64,000 nt of DNA from Bacteroidales bacterium (GTDB lineage: Bacteria; Bacteroidota; Bacteroidia; Bacteroidales; JBBRXJ01): assembly GCA_038248505.1 (NCBI GenBank), contig JBBRXJ010000001.1:81773-145772 (forward strand), written 5' to 3'. Each line of letters begins with the position of its first letter. Position 1 is the stretch's first letter. This document shows, piece by piece, positions 19,990 through 29,841 of the stretch. The translations under genes and the position numbers were made by a program. The notes beneath the pieces were generated by a model. The model saw nothing but the letters and a program-made list of their open reading frames with translations. It made no database searches and was not told the DNA's origin.

Positions 19990-20283
19990 ATGAAAATATC
20001 AACCGCATTTTCACCTAATGGTGATGGTAAAAATGATACTTGGAATTTATTTAGCGATAATAATAATGCACGTGGGGTAACATTACAAACATTATACCCT
20101 ACCATTCGAATACTCGTTTACGATCGTTTGGGTACAGAGGTTTTTAGTAGTGCAAAAGGTTATCCTCAACCATGGGATGGGGCATACAATGGTTATGTAT
20201 TACCTATTGATTCGTATCCCTTTATAATAGATTTAGGGAATAGTGAAAAACCAGTGAGAGGACAAATTACTATTTTGAAATAG
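19990..20283 (+). pseudogene. orphan T9SS type B sorting domain (gliding-motility-associated C-terminal domain) with no passenger domain
   Basis: The 97-aa ORF starts at the domain boundary (AFSPNGDGKNDTW ... VYDRLGTEVF ... WDG ... YPFIIDL ... GQITILK). No N-terminal signal peptide or cargo. Upstream is not open in frame. Confidence 0.7.
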
Positions 20284-20308
20284 TATTGTTGTTAGAATTG
20301 TTTGTTGT

Positions 20309-20344
20309 GTTAATTCTAAATTCACAATTGAATTTAGAATTAAC
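20309..20344. terminator. 16-bp perfect inverted repeat between convergent genes
   Basis: GTTAATTCTAAATTCA-CAAT-TGAATTTAGAATTAAC. Confidence 0.5.
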
Positions 20345-20404
20345 TGGCAATTTAAGACATAATAAGTGCTAATATCGATTGAATTGAGCAGGAGGTATTT
20401 GCAT

Positions 20405-20761
20405 TTATATTTTTTTAACAAATTCAGATTTTAAATACATGGCACCTATGCCATCAATTTTACATAAAATATTATGGCCATCGTTACTTTCAACTAAGCG
20501 TATTCCTTTTACTTTTGTGCCACTTTTTATGCTTGATTGAAATCCCTTTAATTTAAGATCTTTTATTAAGCTAACAGTATCGCCGTGCGAAAGAATTACT
20601 CCATTAGCATCCTTATAAATATCAGTTGGTGATTCCTCTTGAGCGGATTGTGATGCTTCAGCAGGATCCCATTCGTGAAAACAATCAGGGCAAACCCATA
20701 AATTGCCGTCGGAATAAGTATTTTCAGAATTGCATTTTGGACATTTGTTTTCTGTATTCAT
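20405..20761 (-). CDS. phnA: zinc-ribbon protein PhnA/YjdM family
   Basis: 118 aa. N-terminal CPKC...CPDC zinc ribbon and the conserved C-terminal GDTV...KDLKLKG...[12 protein letters not shown] domain. Confidence 0.85.
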   Translation of the reverse strand: MNTENKCPKCNSENTYSDGNLWVCPDCFHEWDPAEASQSAQEESPTDIYKDANGVILSHGDTVSLIKDLKLKGFQSSIKSGTKVKGIRLVESNDGHNILCKIDGIGAMYLKSEFVKKI

Positions 20762-21675
20762 AATCGTTTTGCTATTTGTTATGTATTAAATCAATTTTTA
20801 AATCTGATATTTTTAGCACCTAAAGCTAGTCATTTATATTGTTATTTTATATTTAAGTTTGCAATGCATTATTATATAGAGAATTAGCTGAGAGTATCTG
20901 GGTGCGAAATACTCCAAGCATCCTGCATTAAATAATATAGTTAAGCGATAAAGAAAAAAATCTGTATGTATCTATTTCATTAATGTTATGCGAAGGTAAA
21001 TTATAGTTCGTCGCTCGTTCATTATGTTTTATTCGTTTATTTGAAGAGCGCTTTCCCGCAAATTTATTTTGCGGGTACCAATTCATTAGATGAATGCCAG
21101 CTATACTAATCCATACTATTTCAGGCTTTTTAGGAAGCAGGAAAAATTGATTTCTTTAAAAAACACTTGTGGTTCTTTTGTTTTTATCTTATCAAAAATA
21201 TGAAAGCATGAAATATCGATTAATGTAAATAAAAAGTTTTTCTATGTTTTCTCAGAAATATCAGGAAAGTCTTTCTTTTGTGGCATATCAAAATCACAGC
21301 CTTTGATTTTAAATATTGTACTACTTCATTGATATTTTTTATGCGCGAACTCTCGAAGCATTTGTGTAATGAATTTGCTAGTTATTGCCGCTATTTTTAA
21401 AAGAAACATAAATACTATTTTATGTTTGATGCCTCAAAGTGTTTAAATTTTTCAGTTTTAATAATTATTGCATATTTGAAGAATATTGTTTTAGTAGATT
21501 TCTTTTTTTTGAGAGATATCCTCACTGATATGATCTTGATAGTGATAACGCTAATGTTGGTTTTTAGTTTGTATTACCTCAAATGAATTTAATTCATTAA
21601 TAAATCGCCCAAAATATCTATATTAGCTTCATGATATTTAGGGCGTGATTATGTAACAATCAGATATAAAGCACT

Positions 21676-22935
21676 ATGAAAAGACGTAATTTTATTTTAA
21701 CCTCAAGTTTGGCATTTGGAGCAATTCCTATATTATCAAAAGCATCTGTTTCAGGAGCAACTATTTTAGAGAATGCACCATCATCCAAGAGTATACCAGG
21801 AAAGCCTGTAGCAATTACTATGTGGGAGTTTTCATGGCTTGAGCGACGCTGGCCAGGGGCTGGTTATGAGGATTGGGATTTGGCATTGAACGAGCTCACA
21901 TTACGCGGTTATAATGCCATTCGGATGGATGCCTTTCCTCATTTCTTTTATAACGACCCATCTAAAGAGTATTCATTGATTCCTTGGTGGAATACTCAAG
22001 ATTGGGGTAGTCCGGCTCCTAATAAAGTCACGTTAATGCCTTCTTTCATAGATTTCTTAAAGAAATGTGCTGATCGAAAGATTAAAATAGGCTTATCATC
22101 ATGGTTTCGTGAAGATACAGATGATGTTCGTATGAAGCTTGATACCCCTGAAAAACTTGGACAAGCTTGGTTGAAAGTGCTTGATATAATTCAATCTGCT
22201 GGCCTAATGGATGCTATTCTTTATGTTGATTTGTGCAATGAATGGACTGGTACCGCATGGTGTCCATTCTTTGTGAATGAGCCTGCTGGAGCAACATGGA
22301 CTGGATGGCATACGGAGAAATCTAAAGAATGGATGTCAAAATCTATTGATGTTTTAAGACAGAAATATCCAGACCTCCCATATACCTTTTCATTTACGGG
22401 TTCAATCAGTTCCACCACAAAAGATAAGGCACAGTTAAATATGCTTGATTTATTAGAACCACATATTTGGATGGTCTCAGGTAATAAGCGCGAGTTCTAC
22501 AATGAAGTGGGTTATAATTATGAGCGCTTTGATGATATTGGTTTTAAAAACATGCAGCAATTTGGAGAATCAGCTTATCGTAAACGTCCTGCTTATTGGA
22601 ATGTAATTTTAACAGATCAGATTAAGTATGCTGCGGAGTGGTCTGTGCAATCTAAATTGCCATTAGGAACAACAGAATGTTGGGGTGTTGTTGATTATAA
22701 AGATTGGCCTCTTTTGCCTTGGGATTATGTAAAAGAGCTTTGTGTAATTGGTGTTGAAGAGGCCTGTAAAACGGAGCGTTGGTTGGCTATTGCAACAAGT
22801 AATTTTTGTGGTCCACAGTTTGTTGGTATGTGGCGAGATATTGAATGGCATAAAAAAATGACTCATATAATTCGTACCTCAAATGTGGCACCCGATTTGC
22901 GAAGCAGCTTATTATATAAAAGACTTTTAAAATAA
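21676..22935 (+). CDS. Tat-signal clan GH-A (cellulase-like) glycoside hydrolase family protein
   Basis: Twin-arginine signal MKRRNFILTS. TIM-barrel-like ITMWEFSWLERRW...GYNAIRMDAF and LYVDLCNEW (the NE acid/base motif). Confidence 0.55.
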   Translation: MKRRNFILTSSLAFGAIPILSKASVSGATILENAPSSKSIPGKPVAITMWEFSWLERRWPGAGYEDWDLALNELTLRGYNAIRMDAFPHFFYNDPSKEYSLIPWWNTQDWGSPAPNKVTLMPSFIDFLKKCADRKIKIGLSSWFREDTDDVRMKLDTPEKLGQAWLKVLDIIQSAGLMDAILYVDLCNEWTGTAWCPFFVNEPAGATWTGWHTEKSKEWMSKSIDVLRQKYPDLPYTFSFTGSISSTTKDKAQLNMLDLLEPHIWMVSGNKREFYNEVGYNYERFDDIGFKNMQQFGESAYRKRPAYWNVILTDQIKYAAEWSVQSKLPLGTTECWGVVDYKDWPLLPWDYVKELCVIGVEEACKTERWLAIATSNFCGPQFVGMWRDIEWHKKMTHIIRTSNVAPDLRSSLLYKRLLK

Positions 22936-22944
22936 ACATTTCCT

Positions 22945-25518
22945 ATGAGAATACAAATAGTTTTGTTTTGTGCTTTTGTTTTTTTGTTTTCATCATGTAC
23001 TAAAATTGGAAAAAAACAAGAATGGCCCATTATTTCAGAATGGAAATTTTGGCAGGTAGATTCAGGAGATTGGATGCCCGCTAAAGTCCCTGGTAATGTT
23101 CATTCTGACCTATTGCGAGCAGGTAGAATTCCTGATCCGTATTATCGTGACAATGAATTAAAAATACAATGGGTTGAGAAAAAAGATTGGGAATATATTA
23201 CCATTTTTGATGTTGATAAAAACGTTCTTGTACAGAATCATCAGGAATTGGTTTTTGATGGTATAGATACCTATGCAACTATCGTGCTTAATGGCGATAC
23301 TATTGCTCAAACCGATAATATGTTTATTCGTTATCGCTTAAATGTTACAGGTATTTTGAAGGAACATGGTAATAAGTTGAGCGTTTATTTTGAATCGGCG
23401 GTTGAAAAGATGATTCCTTTTAGAGATGCGCTCCCACAAAGACTCCCTTCAGTTAATGATAAACAAGGAACTTGTCAGCTTACACGTAAAGCCCCATATC
23501 ATTACGGTTGGGATTGGGGTCCGCGCATGGTAACCTGTGGTATTTGGAAACCATTTCGTATTGAAACATGGGATCATGCTCGTATTGATAATATACAAAT
23601 GTTACCAATTAGTGTAGCAAAAGATAAAGCAATTTATCAAGTTAATTTTGAAATTACAAGTGATGCAAATTTTAGATCGCTGGCATATGTTAGTGCTAGT
23701 AAGGATGTACAGCTTGAAATTAATATGAGTCGTATTAGAGTAAAAAAAGGTACGCATGTATATAGTGTTCCCCTTGAGATAAAAAATCCTGATAGATGGT
23801 TTCCTGTTGGCTATGGAAATCAGCCATTGTATAAAATAACAGCACAATTAAGAAAGGGAAAAGATGTTGTTGATGAAGAACGGTTTTCTTTTGCTATTCG
23901 AAAAGTGGAGTTAAATCAAGAGAAAGATGCTATTGGAAAAAGTTTTTATTTTAAGTTAAATGATATCCCTGTTTTTTGTAAAGGGGCGAATATGATACCT
24001 CTCGACAATATGCTTGATAGAGCTACTCCTGCAATGTATCGTAGTTTACTAAACAATGCGGTAAGTGCAAATATGAATATGATTCGTACATGGGGGGGCG
24101 GTATATATGAAAATGATATTTTTTATAAGCTATGTGATAGCTTGGGTATAATGGTGTGGCAAGATTTTATGTTTGGGAATGAAATGTATAAAGTTGATTC
24201 TAGCTTCCTCAATAATGTGACCAAAGAAGTTGTGTATAACATAAAACGTTTACGTAATTATTCATCCATTGTATTATGGTGTGGCGATAATGAAGGTGAG
24301 TGGATGTGGAAGCGTGGTTGGAATACTAAAAATCCACCCTCTGTTTGGACCGACTATAAAAAGATTACTTGGGATATGATACCAAATATGCTTAAAATAT
24401 ACGATCCTTCACGCTCATATTGGCGAAGTTCACCTACATCAGAGAGTGATGAAATTGCTCCCAATGATCCATCACGTGGTGATATGCATGATTGGAGTGT
24501 GCATTTTGGAGCACCACCCTATGAAAAATATCTTTTATCAAAACCTCGATTTGTAAGCGAATTTGGTCATCAGTCTTTCCCTGATTGGAAAACGATGTTA
24601 TATTTTACATCCGAAGAAGATAGAAGTTCAGATTACGATCCTGCAAATTTTGGACAGAAGATGCGCTCTGAAGTGCTCTCCATTCATAATAAGCAAGGCT
24701 GGGGAAATCAAAAGATTCGTGAGTACATGGAATATTACTATGGTTTCACAAAAAAATTCCGTTATTATGTTTACCTAAGTCAAATCACACATGCCGAGGC
24801 TGTACGCTGCGGGGTAGAACACTATCGCCGTCTCATGCCACATTGCATGGGCTCATTATATTGGCAGTTGAACGATTGTTGGCCGGTTACTTCGTGGTCA
24901 TCTATTGATTATTTTGGACGTTGGAAAGCATTGCATTTTTTTGCAAGAAACTTTTATGCGCCTATTTTGGTGAGTCCGGTTCTTGAGGAAGATACTATTA
25001 AGGTTTTTGTTATTTCCGATTTGCAAGTGCCAATCGATGCAGAACTTTCAATTAAGGTACTCGATATGAAAGGCAATGAGAAAAGAGGTATCATGTTTAT
25101 GACATCTATTGATCCGTTGACTTCAAAAGTATATTATAGTATTAGACTTGATTCGCTATTACGAAATAATAAGAGTGATGAGTGTTATATCGATTGTAGT
25201 CTAATACGTAACGATAAAATTGAAGCACAAAATATTCTATATTTTAAGAAGCCGATAGATTTGAAGTTGCCAAAAAATAAACTTAATATTAATGTTAAGA
25301 AGAGTAAAAATGGCTTTGAATTAGATATTTCAACTTATTTTCTTTCCAAAAATATTTATTTATATGCAGATAATGTTGAGGGAAATTTCACAGATAATTA
25401 TTTTGATTTACTGCCCGGAAAAAACAAAACAGTTTATCTCACCACTAATTCGAATCTCTCAGCTGATGAATTTAAAAAACAATTAGACTATATTACCCTT
25501 AATCAAATCTTAAAATAA
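22945..25518 (+). CDS. GH2 beta-mannosidase (lipoprotein)
   Basis: 857 aa. Lipoprotein signal (FLFSSC). WKFWQ...PAKVPGNVHSDLLRAGRIPDPYYRDNE, WGGGIYE, MVWQDFMF and VSEFGHQS motifs are typical of Man2A-type beta-mannosidases. Confidence 0.9.
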   Translation: MRIQIVLFCAFVFLFSSCTKIGKKQEWPIISEWKFWQVDSGDWMPAKVPGNVHSDLLRAGRIPDPYYRDNELKIQWVEKKDWEYITIFDVDKNVLVQNHQELVFDGIDTYATIVLNGDTIAQTDNMFIRYRLNVTGILKEHGNKLSVYFESAVEKMIPFRDALPQRLPSVNDKQGTCQLTRKAPYHYGWDWGPRMVTCGIWKPFRIETWDHARIDNIQMLPISVAKDKAIYQVNFEITSDANFRSLAYVSASKDVQLEINMSRIRVKKGTHVYSVPLEIKNPDRWFPVGYGNQPLYKITAQLRKGKDVVDEERFSFAIRKVELNQEKDAIGKSFYFKLNDIPVFCKGANMIPLDNMLDRATPAMYRSLLNNAVSANMNMIRTWGGGIYENDIFYKLCDSLGIMVWQDFMFGNEMYKVDSSFLNNVTKEVVYNIKRLRNYSSIVLWCGDNEGEWMWKRGWNTKNPPSVWTDYKKITWDMIPNMLKIYDPSRSYWRSSPTSESDEIAPNDPSRGDMHDWSVHFGAPPYEKYLLSKPRFVSEFGHQSFPDWKTMLYFTSEEDRSSDYDPANFGQKMRSEVLSIHNKQGWGNQKIREYMEYYYGFTKKFRYYVYLSQITHAEAVRCGVEHYRRLMPHCMGSLYWQLNDCWPVTSWSSIDYFGRWKALHFFARNFYAPILVSPVLEEDTIKVFVISDLQVPIDAELSIKVLDMKGNEKRGIMFMTSIDPLTSKVYYSIRLDSLLRNNKSDECYIDCSLIRNDKIEAQNILYFKKPIDLKLPKNKLNINVKKSKNGFELDISTYFLSKNIYLYADNVEGNFTDNYFDLLPGKNKTVYLTTNSNLSADEFKKQLDYITLNQILK

Positions 25519-25521
25519 TTT

Positions 25522-26490
25522 ATGGATCAAGTATTAGAAACCCAAAAGCGAGAGACGAAATTGACTTTCAATGGAGAAGGTTCTTCGTTATTTGGATTGA
25601 TGATGTATAATTACATTCTAATGTTATTAACCTGCGGCATTTATTATCCGTGGGCTAAAGCAGCTAAATTAAAATTTTTATATGCTGCCACAGAATTAGC
25701 TGGTAGCCGTTTTGAATTTCATGGCACTGGCGAGGAGTTATTTAAAGGATATTTAAAAGTGATGGGCTTTTTTATATTGTTAATGCTATCTAGTGCAGGC
25801 ATAGCATTTACAGGTATTCCGTATATGGCAAATGTGATTCCGTTAATTGCTTATGTATTTATAATTTTAATTGCTCCACTTGCAATTCACGGTACTATTC
25901 GTTATCGTACATCGCGTAGCTCGTGGCGTAATATACATTTTGGTTACCGTGGTATTAGATCCGAATTATTTAAAGGCTTTTTAGTACATGTTTTATACAC
26001 CGTTTTAACTATAGGTATTTATTCAAGTTGGCTCGTTATTTATTTAAGAACATATATAATTAATAATATCAGATTTGGTAATATTCGCTTCAGATACACG
26101 GGTACTGGTATGGAATATTTTAAGATCAATCTAATAGGAATCATGTTAACAATTATTACGCTGGGTATTTACTCTTTTTGGTATGCTAAAGAACGTTTTA
26201 ATTATTATGTCTCAAAAATATATGTAATTCAAGGCGATAATAAATATCTCTTGATTTCACACGCAGAGCCAGGAAAGATTTTTAATTTATGGGTCATAAA
26301 TTTTTTACTTCTTTTTTTTACTTTTGGGATGGCTTATCCATGGATTATTATTCGTAACCTACGTTTTGTGTTCGATAACACAAGTATCTCACCTGACTTT
26401 GATGTGAATAGCATAACACAAACCGAAGATGAATATACCGATGCTTCTGGCGATGATTTATTAGATATGTTAGATATTGATCTTGTATAA
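25522..26490 (+). CDS. DUF898 (YjgN-like) family inner-membrane protein
   Basis: 322 aa. FNGEGSSLFGLMMYNYILMLLTCGIYYPWAKA...FEFHGTG, repeated in a second half (FRYTGTGMEYFKINLIGIMLTIITLGIYSFW). Acidic C-terminal tail. Confidence 0.8.
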   Translation: MDQVLETQKRETKLTFNGEGSSLFGLMMYNYILMLLTCGIYYPWAKAAKLKFLYAATELAGSRFEFHGTGEELFKGYLKVMGFFILLMLSSAGIAFTGIPYMANVIPLIAYVFIILIAPLAIHGTIRYRTSRSSWRNIHFGYRGIRSELFKGFLVHVLYTVLTIGIYSSWLVIYLRTYIINNIRFGNIRFRYTGTGMEYFKINLIGIMLTIITLGIYSFWYAKERFNYYVSKIYVIQGDNKYLLISHAEPGKIFNLWVINFLLLFFTFGMAYPWIIIRNLRFVFDNTSISPDFDVNSITQTEDEYTDASGDDLLDMLDIDLV

Positions 26491-26494
26491 GAGT

Positions 26495-27583
26495 ATGGAT
26501 TTTAATGTAAAATATTTTGATGGCGCTTCCTCTGCAGCTAAAGATGCGATTGTTCATTTTACAAGTGATCATTGGCATATTCGCTATATAGATGAATTTT
26601 CAACTGAACATAAATTGGATTGGGATATCAATCAAATAAGCAGAATCGCTTCGCATAAAGGCAATCATACATTTCGTTACGGTAAATTTCCTCAGCAAAC
26701 TATTGAAACGGAATCAAAGGATTTTCTCGAAGAATTAGCCTGGCAATTTCCGGGTAAGTTGTTTTCTCAACAAGCCAAAAAAATACTTACTGTTGCTGGA
26801 TCATTCAATTTACTACTTGGTGTTTTTTTACTGTTTATTTTCTTTGTAGCAGGTATATATTTCTTTGTATTGCCATGGGCATCTCAAGAAGCAGTAAAAA
26901 ATGTTCCACTGGAATACGAGGAGCGTATGGGCGAATTCATTTACAAACAGTTTGTTACCGAGTATTCGCGAAAGGATTCACTTTCGCAATTGCTAGATAG
27001 TTTTGCACAAACCATTGATTTTGAAACTAATTATAATATTAAAGTTACAGTAGTAAAAAGTATGGATATGAATGCTTTTGCTATGCCGGGCGGGCGTATT
27101 GTAATCTTTGACAAGATGCTCGATTCCATTAATTCCCCCGAACAGCTTTCTGCTTTACTTGCACATGAGGTTTCTCATATTAAATATCGTCATTCATTAC
27201 AGCTGCTTAGTAAAAATTTAGCAGGTTATCTTTTTATTTCATTTATGTTTGGTGATTTAAATGGTGTTGCCTCGGTATTAATTGACAATGTGGATATGTT
27301 AAATAATTTAAATTATTCGCGAAAACTTGAACGGATGGCTGATTTCTCAGCATTTGAAATTCTTAAAATAAATAAAATTGATCAGCATGGCATGTTAGAG
27401 TTGTTTGAATTATTAAAAAGTGCCGAAGACTTTAAAGCAACGAAAATATTGAGTACTCATCCAGTAATAGATGAGCGTATTGCTTATACTAAATTGGAAC
27501 TTAAAACGCAAAAAGTAACTCTTGTGAATCACGATCGTCAAATGATATGGAATAGAATTAACCAATTAAAAAATAGTAATTAA
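26495..27583 (+). CDS. M48 family zinc metalloprotease with N-terminal domain and central TM segment
   Basis: HExxH = HEVSHIKYRH. TM LLLGVFLLFIFFVAGIYFFVLPW. Start taken at ATG 26495 (MDFNVKYFDG), 4 nt after the DUF898 stop. The track's TTG at 26477 would overlap. Confidence 0.85.
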   Translation: MDFNVKYFDGASSAAKDAIVHFTSDHWHIRYIDEFSTEHKLDWDINQISRIASHKGNHTFRYGKFPQQTIETESKDFLEELAWQFPGKLFSQQAKKILTVAGSFNLLLGVFLLFIFFVAGIYFFVLPWASQEAVKNVPLEYEERMGEFIYKQFVTEYSRKDSLSQLLDSFAQTIDFETNYNIKVTVVKSMDMNAFAMPGGRIVIFDKMLDSINSPEQLSALLAHEVSHIKYRHSLQLLSKNLAGYLFISFMFGDLNGVASVLIDNVDMLNNLNYSRKLERMADFSAFEILKINKIDQHGMLELFELLKSAEDFKATKILSTHPVIDERIAYTKLELKTQKVTLVNHDRQMIWNRINQLKNSN

Positions 27584-29802
27584 TGAAACGTTTTTCTTTT
27601 ATATTTTGTGTGTTTTTGAGTTTATTAGCCTGCAAAAATTCGGTTAAAAACGACACAATGTTGAATACGATTGATCTTGTTGATCCCTTTTGGGGTTCTG
27701 ATCATGGTAATGTTTTTGCTGGTTCTTGTTTGCCTTTTAGCATGATGCGTTTAGGACCCGATGTTGAAATACCTAATAGTACTTCAGGTTATATTTCTGA
27801 TAAAAACATTGTTGGTTTTAGCCATACACATCTTAGCGGAACAGGAGGTGGTCCTCGATATGGAAATATTATGATTATTCCGCAGGCTGGTAGAACTACC
27901 ATTGTTGATGTAGCTTCGCTAAAAAAGTTGAATGAGTACGCATCAGCTGCGTATTATCAGGTTACATTGGCACGCAGACAAGGCGATGTTGAATGCTTTT
28001 TAACATCATCAGAGAAGGTGGGATTTCATAAATATGTTTTTTATGATTGGACAAATAATGATTCTTTAAATGCGAATATTTTAATTGATGTTAGTCATAC
28101 AAATACTCGAAATGCATTAACAGGAACCCGTTGCACAGGTGCTAACGTAAATATTGTATCAAATACCGAAATGGAGGGTGAAGCTTCATTTGTAGGTGGT
28201 TGGGGCGGCGATCTCCCTTATACCATTTATTTTGTAGCAAATTTTAATACTCCATTTGATAATTATGGAACATGGAAGGATACTAGCTTTACGGCCAATT
28301 CCAGAAATGCGGAATCTCTTATTATTGGGGCTTATGCTCGTTATCGTGTTAAACAAAAAGATGAGGTATTAGTTAAAGTTGCAATTTCATTTATGAGTAT
28401 CGCTAAGGCGCGTGAAAATATGAAAGAAGTTCCGCATTGGGATTTTTCTCAAGTGCAAAAAAATGCTGAGCGTATTTGGAATGAACAGTTATCAAAAATT
28501 CAAGTGAAAGGCGGTAGTCCCGCCTATCGTAAAATGTTCTATTCTGCTTTACGAAATACAATGATTATGCCCACAAATGTTACTGGTGAATCACCTGAAA
28601 TGAATCCTTCACGTGTTCATTATTGGGAGCATTATACTTTATGGGATGTTTTTCGCAGTGTGATGCCATTGTATACTATAATTATGCCTGAGCGACAAAC
28701 AGAAATTTTAAATAGTCTCTTAGATATTTATGATAAGTATGCTTATCTTCCTGATGGATGGGTTGCTGGTCATTATGCTGATGTACAGGGAGGATCAAAT
28801 GCGGATGTTGTTTTTGCCGATGCTGTGGTGAAAAATTTACCGGGTTTTGATCGTGAAAAAGCTTTTGAAGCGATAAAGAAAAACGCCACTATTCAATCAG
28901 ATCAGCCAAAATATAAAGGACGATTTTTGAATGATTATTTGAAGTATGGTTTCATTACCCCACGTTCTACTGACGGAACAGTATCTAAAACTTTAGAATA
29001 TGCTTATAATGATTTTTGCATTGCTCAAGTTGCAAAGGCATTAGGGAAGGAGGATGAACAGAAAAAATATAGGGATCAGTCTCTTAAGATATTCAATCTA
29101 TTTCACCCTACATATAAAATGTTTTGGGCAAAGGACACAACGGGTGCTTGGTTGCCCGATTTTTCTGTTGATAGTAAACGTGGTGACAGCTGGAATGATC
29201 CATACTTTTACGAGGGGGGATCGATCACCTATAGCGGTTATGTGCCACATGATATGCAGGGTTTGATAAATCACCATGGAGGCTCTTCTTTTTTTATGAG
29301 TTATCTTGATCGTGTTTTTGATTCTGGATATTATAAGTTATCTAATGAGCCACTTTTTCTTTTGCCATACCTTTATAATTATATTGGTCGGCATGACAAA
29401 ACGGCTATAAGGACGCATGCTATTATATCTCAGCAATTTAATCCGGGACGCAGAGGCATACCAGGCCAAGATGATAGTGGAGCTATGTCATCATGGTTTA
29501 TTTTTAGTTCAATGGGATTTTTCCCTGTTGCTGGCCAAGATGTTTATTTGATCGGTAGTCCCGTTTTCGACGAAATATCTATAAATGTTGGCAAGGGCAA
29601 AATTTTTATTTTAACAGCAATGAACTTGACTACAAAAAATATTTTTATCAAATCAGCAGTGTTAAATGGTAAAAAACTAAACCGTTCATGGTTTACACAC
29701 GCTGAGTTAATTAATGGAGGAACGCTTGAGTTGAATATGACAGATATCCCAACAAACTGGGGGTATGAAGAATTACCTCCCTCACTTTCAAAGGCTAAAT
29801 AA
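27583..29802 (+). CDS. GH92 alpha-mannosidase (lipoprotein)
   Basis: 739 aa. Signal plus Cys (SLLAC). VDPFWGS...GNVFAGSCLPFSMMRLGPD and GFSHTHLSGTGGG motifs. Its ATG overlaps the M48 stop (TAATG). Confidence 0.9.
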   Translation: MKRFSFIFCVFLSLLACKNSVKNDTMLNTIDLVDPFWGSDHGNVFAGSCLPFSMMRLGPDVEIPNSTSGYISDKNIVGFSHTHLSGTGGGPRYGNIMIIPQAGRTTIVDVASLKKLNEYASAAYYQVTLARRQGDVECFLTSSEKVGFHKYVFYDWTNNDSLNANILIDVSHTNTRNALTGTRCTGANVNIVSNTEMEGEASFVGGWGGDLPYTIYFVANFNTPFDNYGTWKDTSFTANSRNAESLIIGAYARYRVKQKDEVLVKVAISFMSIAKARENMKEVPHWDFSQVQKNAERIWNEQLSKIQVKGGSPAYRKMFYSALRNTMIMPTNVTGESPEMNPSRVHYWEHYTLWDVFRSVMPLYTIIMPERQTEILNSLLDIYDKYAYLPDGWVAGHYADVQGGSNADVVFADAVVKNLPGFDREKAFEAIKKNATIQSDQPKYKGRFLNDYLKYGFITPRSTDGTVSKTLEYAYNDFCIAQVAKALGKEDEQKKYRDQSLKIFNLFHPTYKMFWAKDTTGAWLPDFSVDSKRGDSWNDPYFYEGGSITYSGYVPHDMQGLINHHGGSSFFMSYLDRVFDSGYYKLSNEPLFLLPYLYNYIGRHDKTAIRTHAIISQQFNPGRRGIPGQDDSGAMSSWFIFSSMGFFPVAGQDVYLIGSPVFDEISINVGKGKIFILTAMNLTTKNIFIKSAVLNGKKLNRSWFTHAELINGGTLELNMTDIPTNWGYEELPPSLSKAK

Positions 29803-29841
29803 TTACAATAAATTAATATAATCATCTACTAAATTACTAAT

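Noticed and set aside
20887-20914. GCTGAGAG followed by GGGTGC, superficially like THI-box (TPP riboswitch) elements
   Set aside because: The order of the elements is wrong for a THI-box. The ACCUGAUCUGGAUAAUGCCAGCG-type core is absent. No thiamine gene is adjacent. Only a simple 6-bp hairpin can be drawn.
21422-21586. 54-codon hydrophobic mini-ORF (MFDASKCLNFSVLIIIAYLKNIVLVDFFFLRDILTDMILIVITLMLVFSLYYLK) inside the long non-coding region
   Set aside because: It has no promoter box or recognisable family. Its composition is what AT-rich non-coding DNA translates into (Ile/Leu/Phe/Lys). It cannot be supported as a gene from sequence alone.
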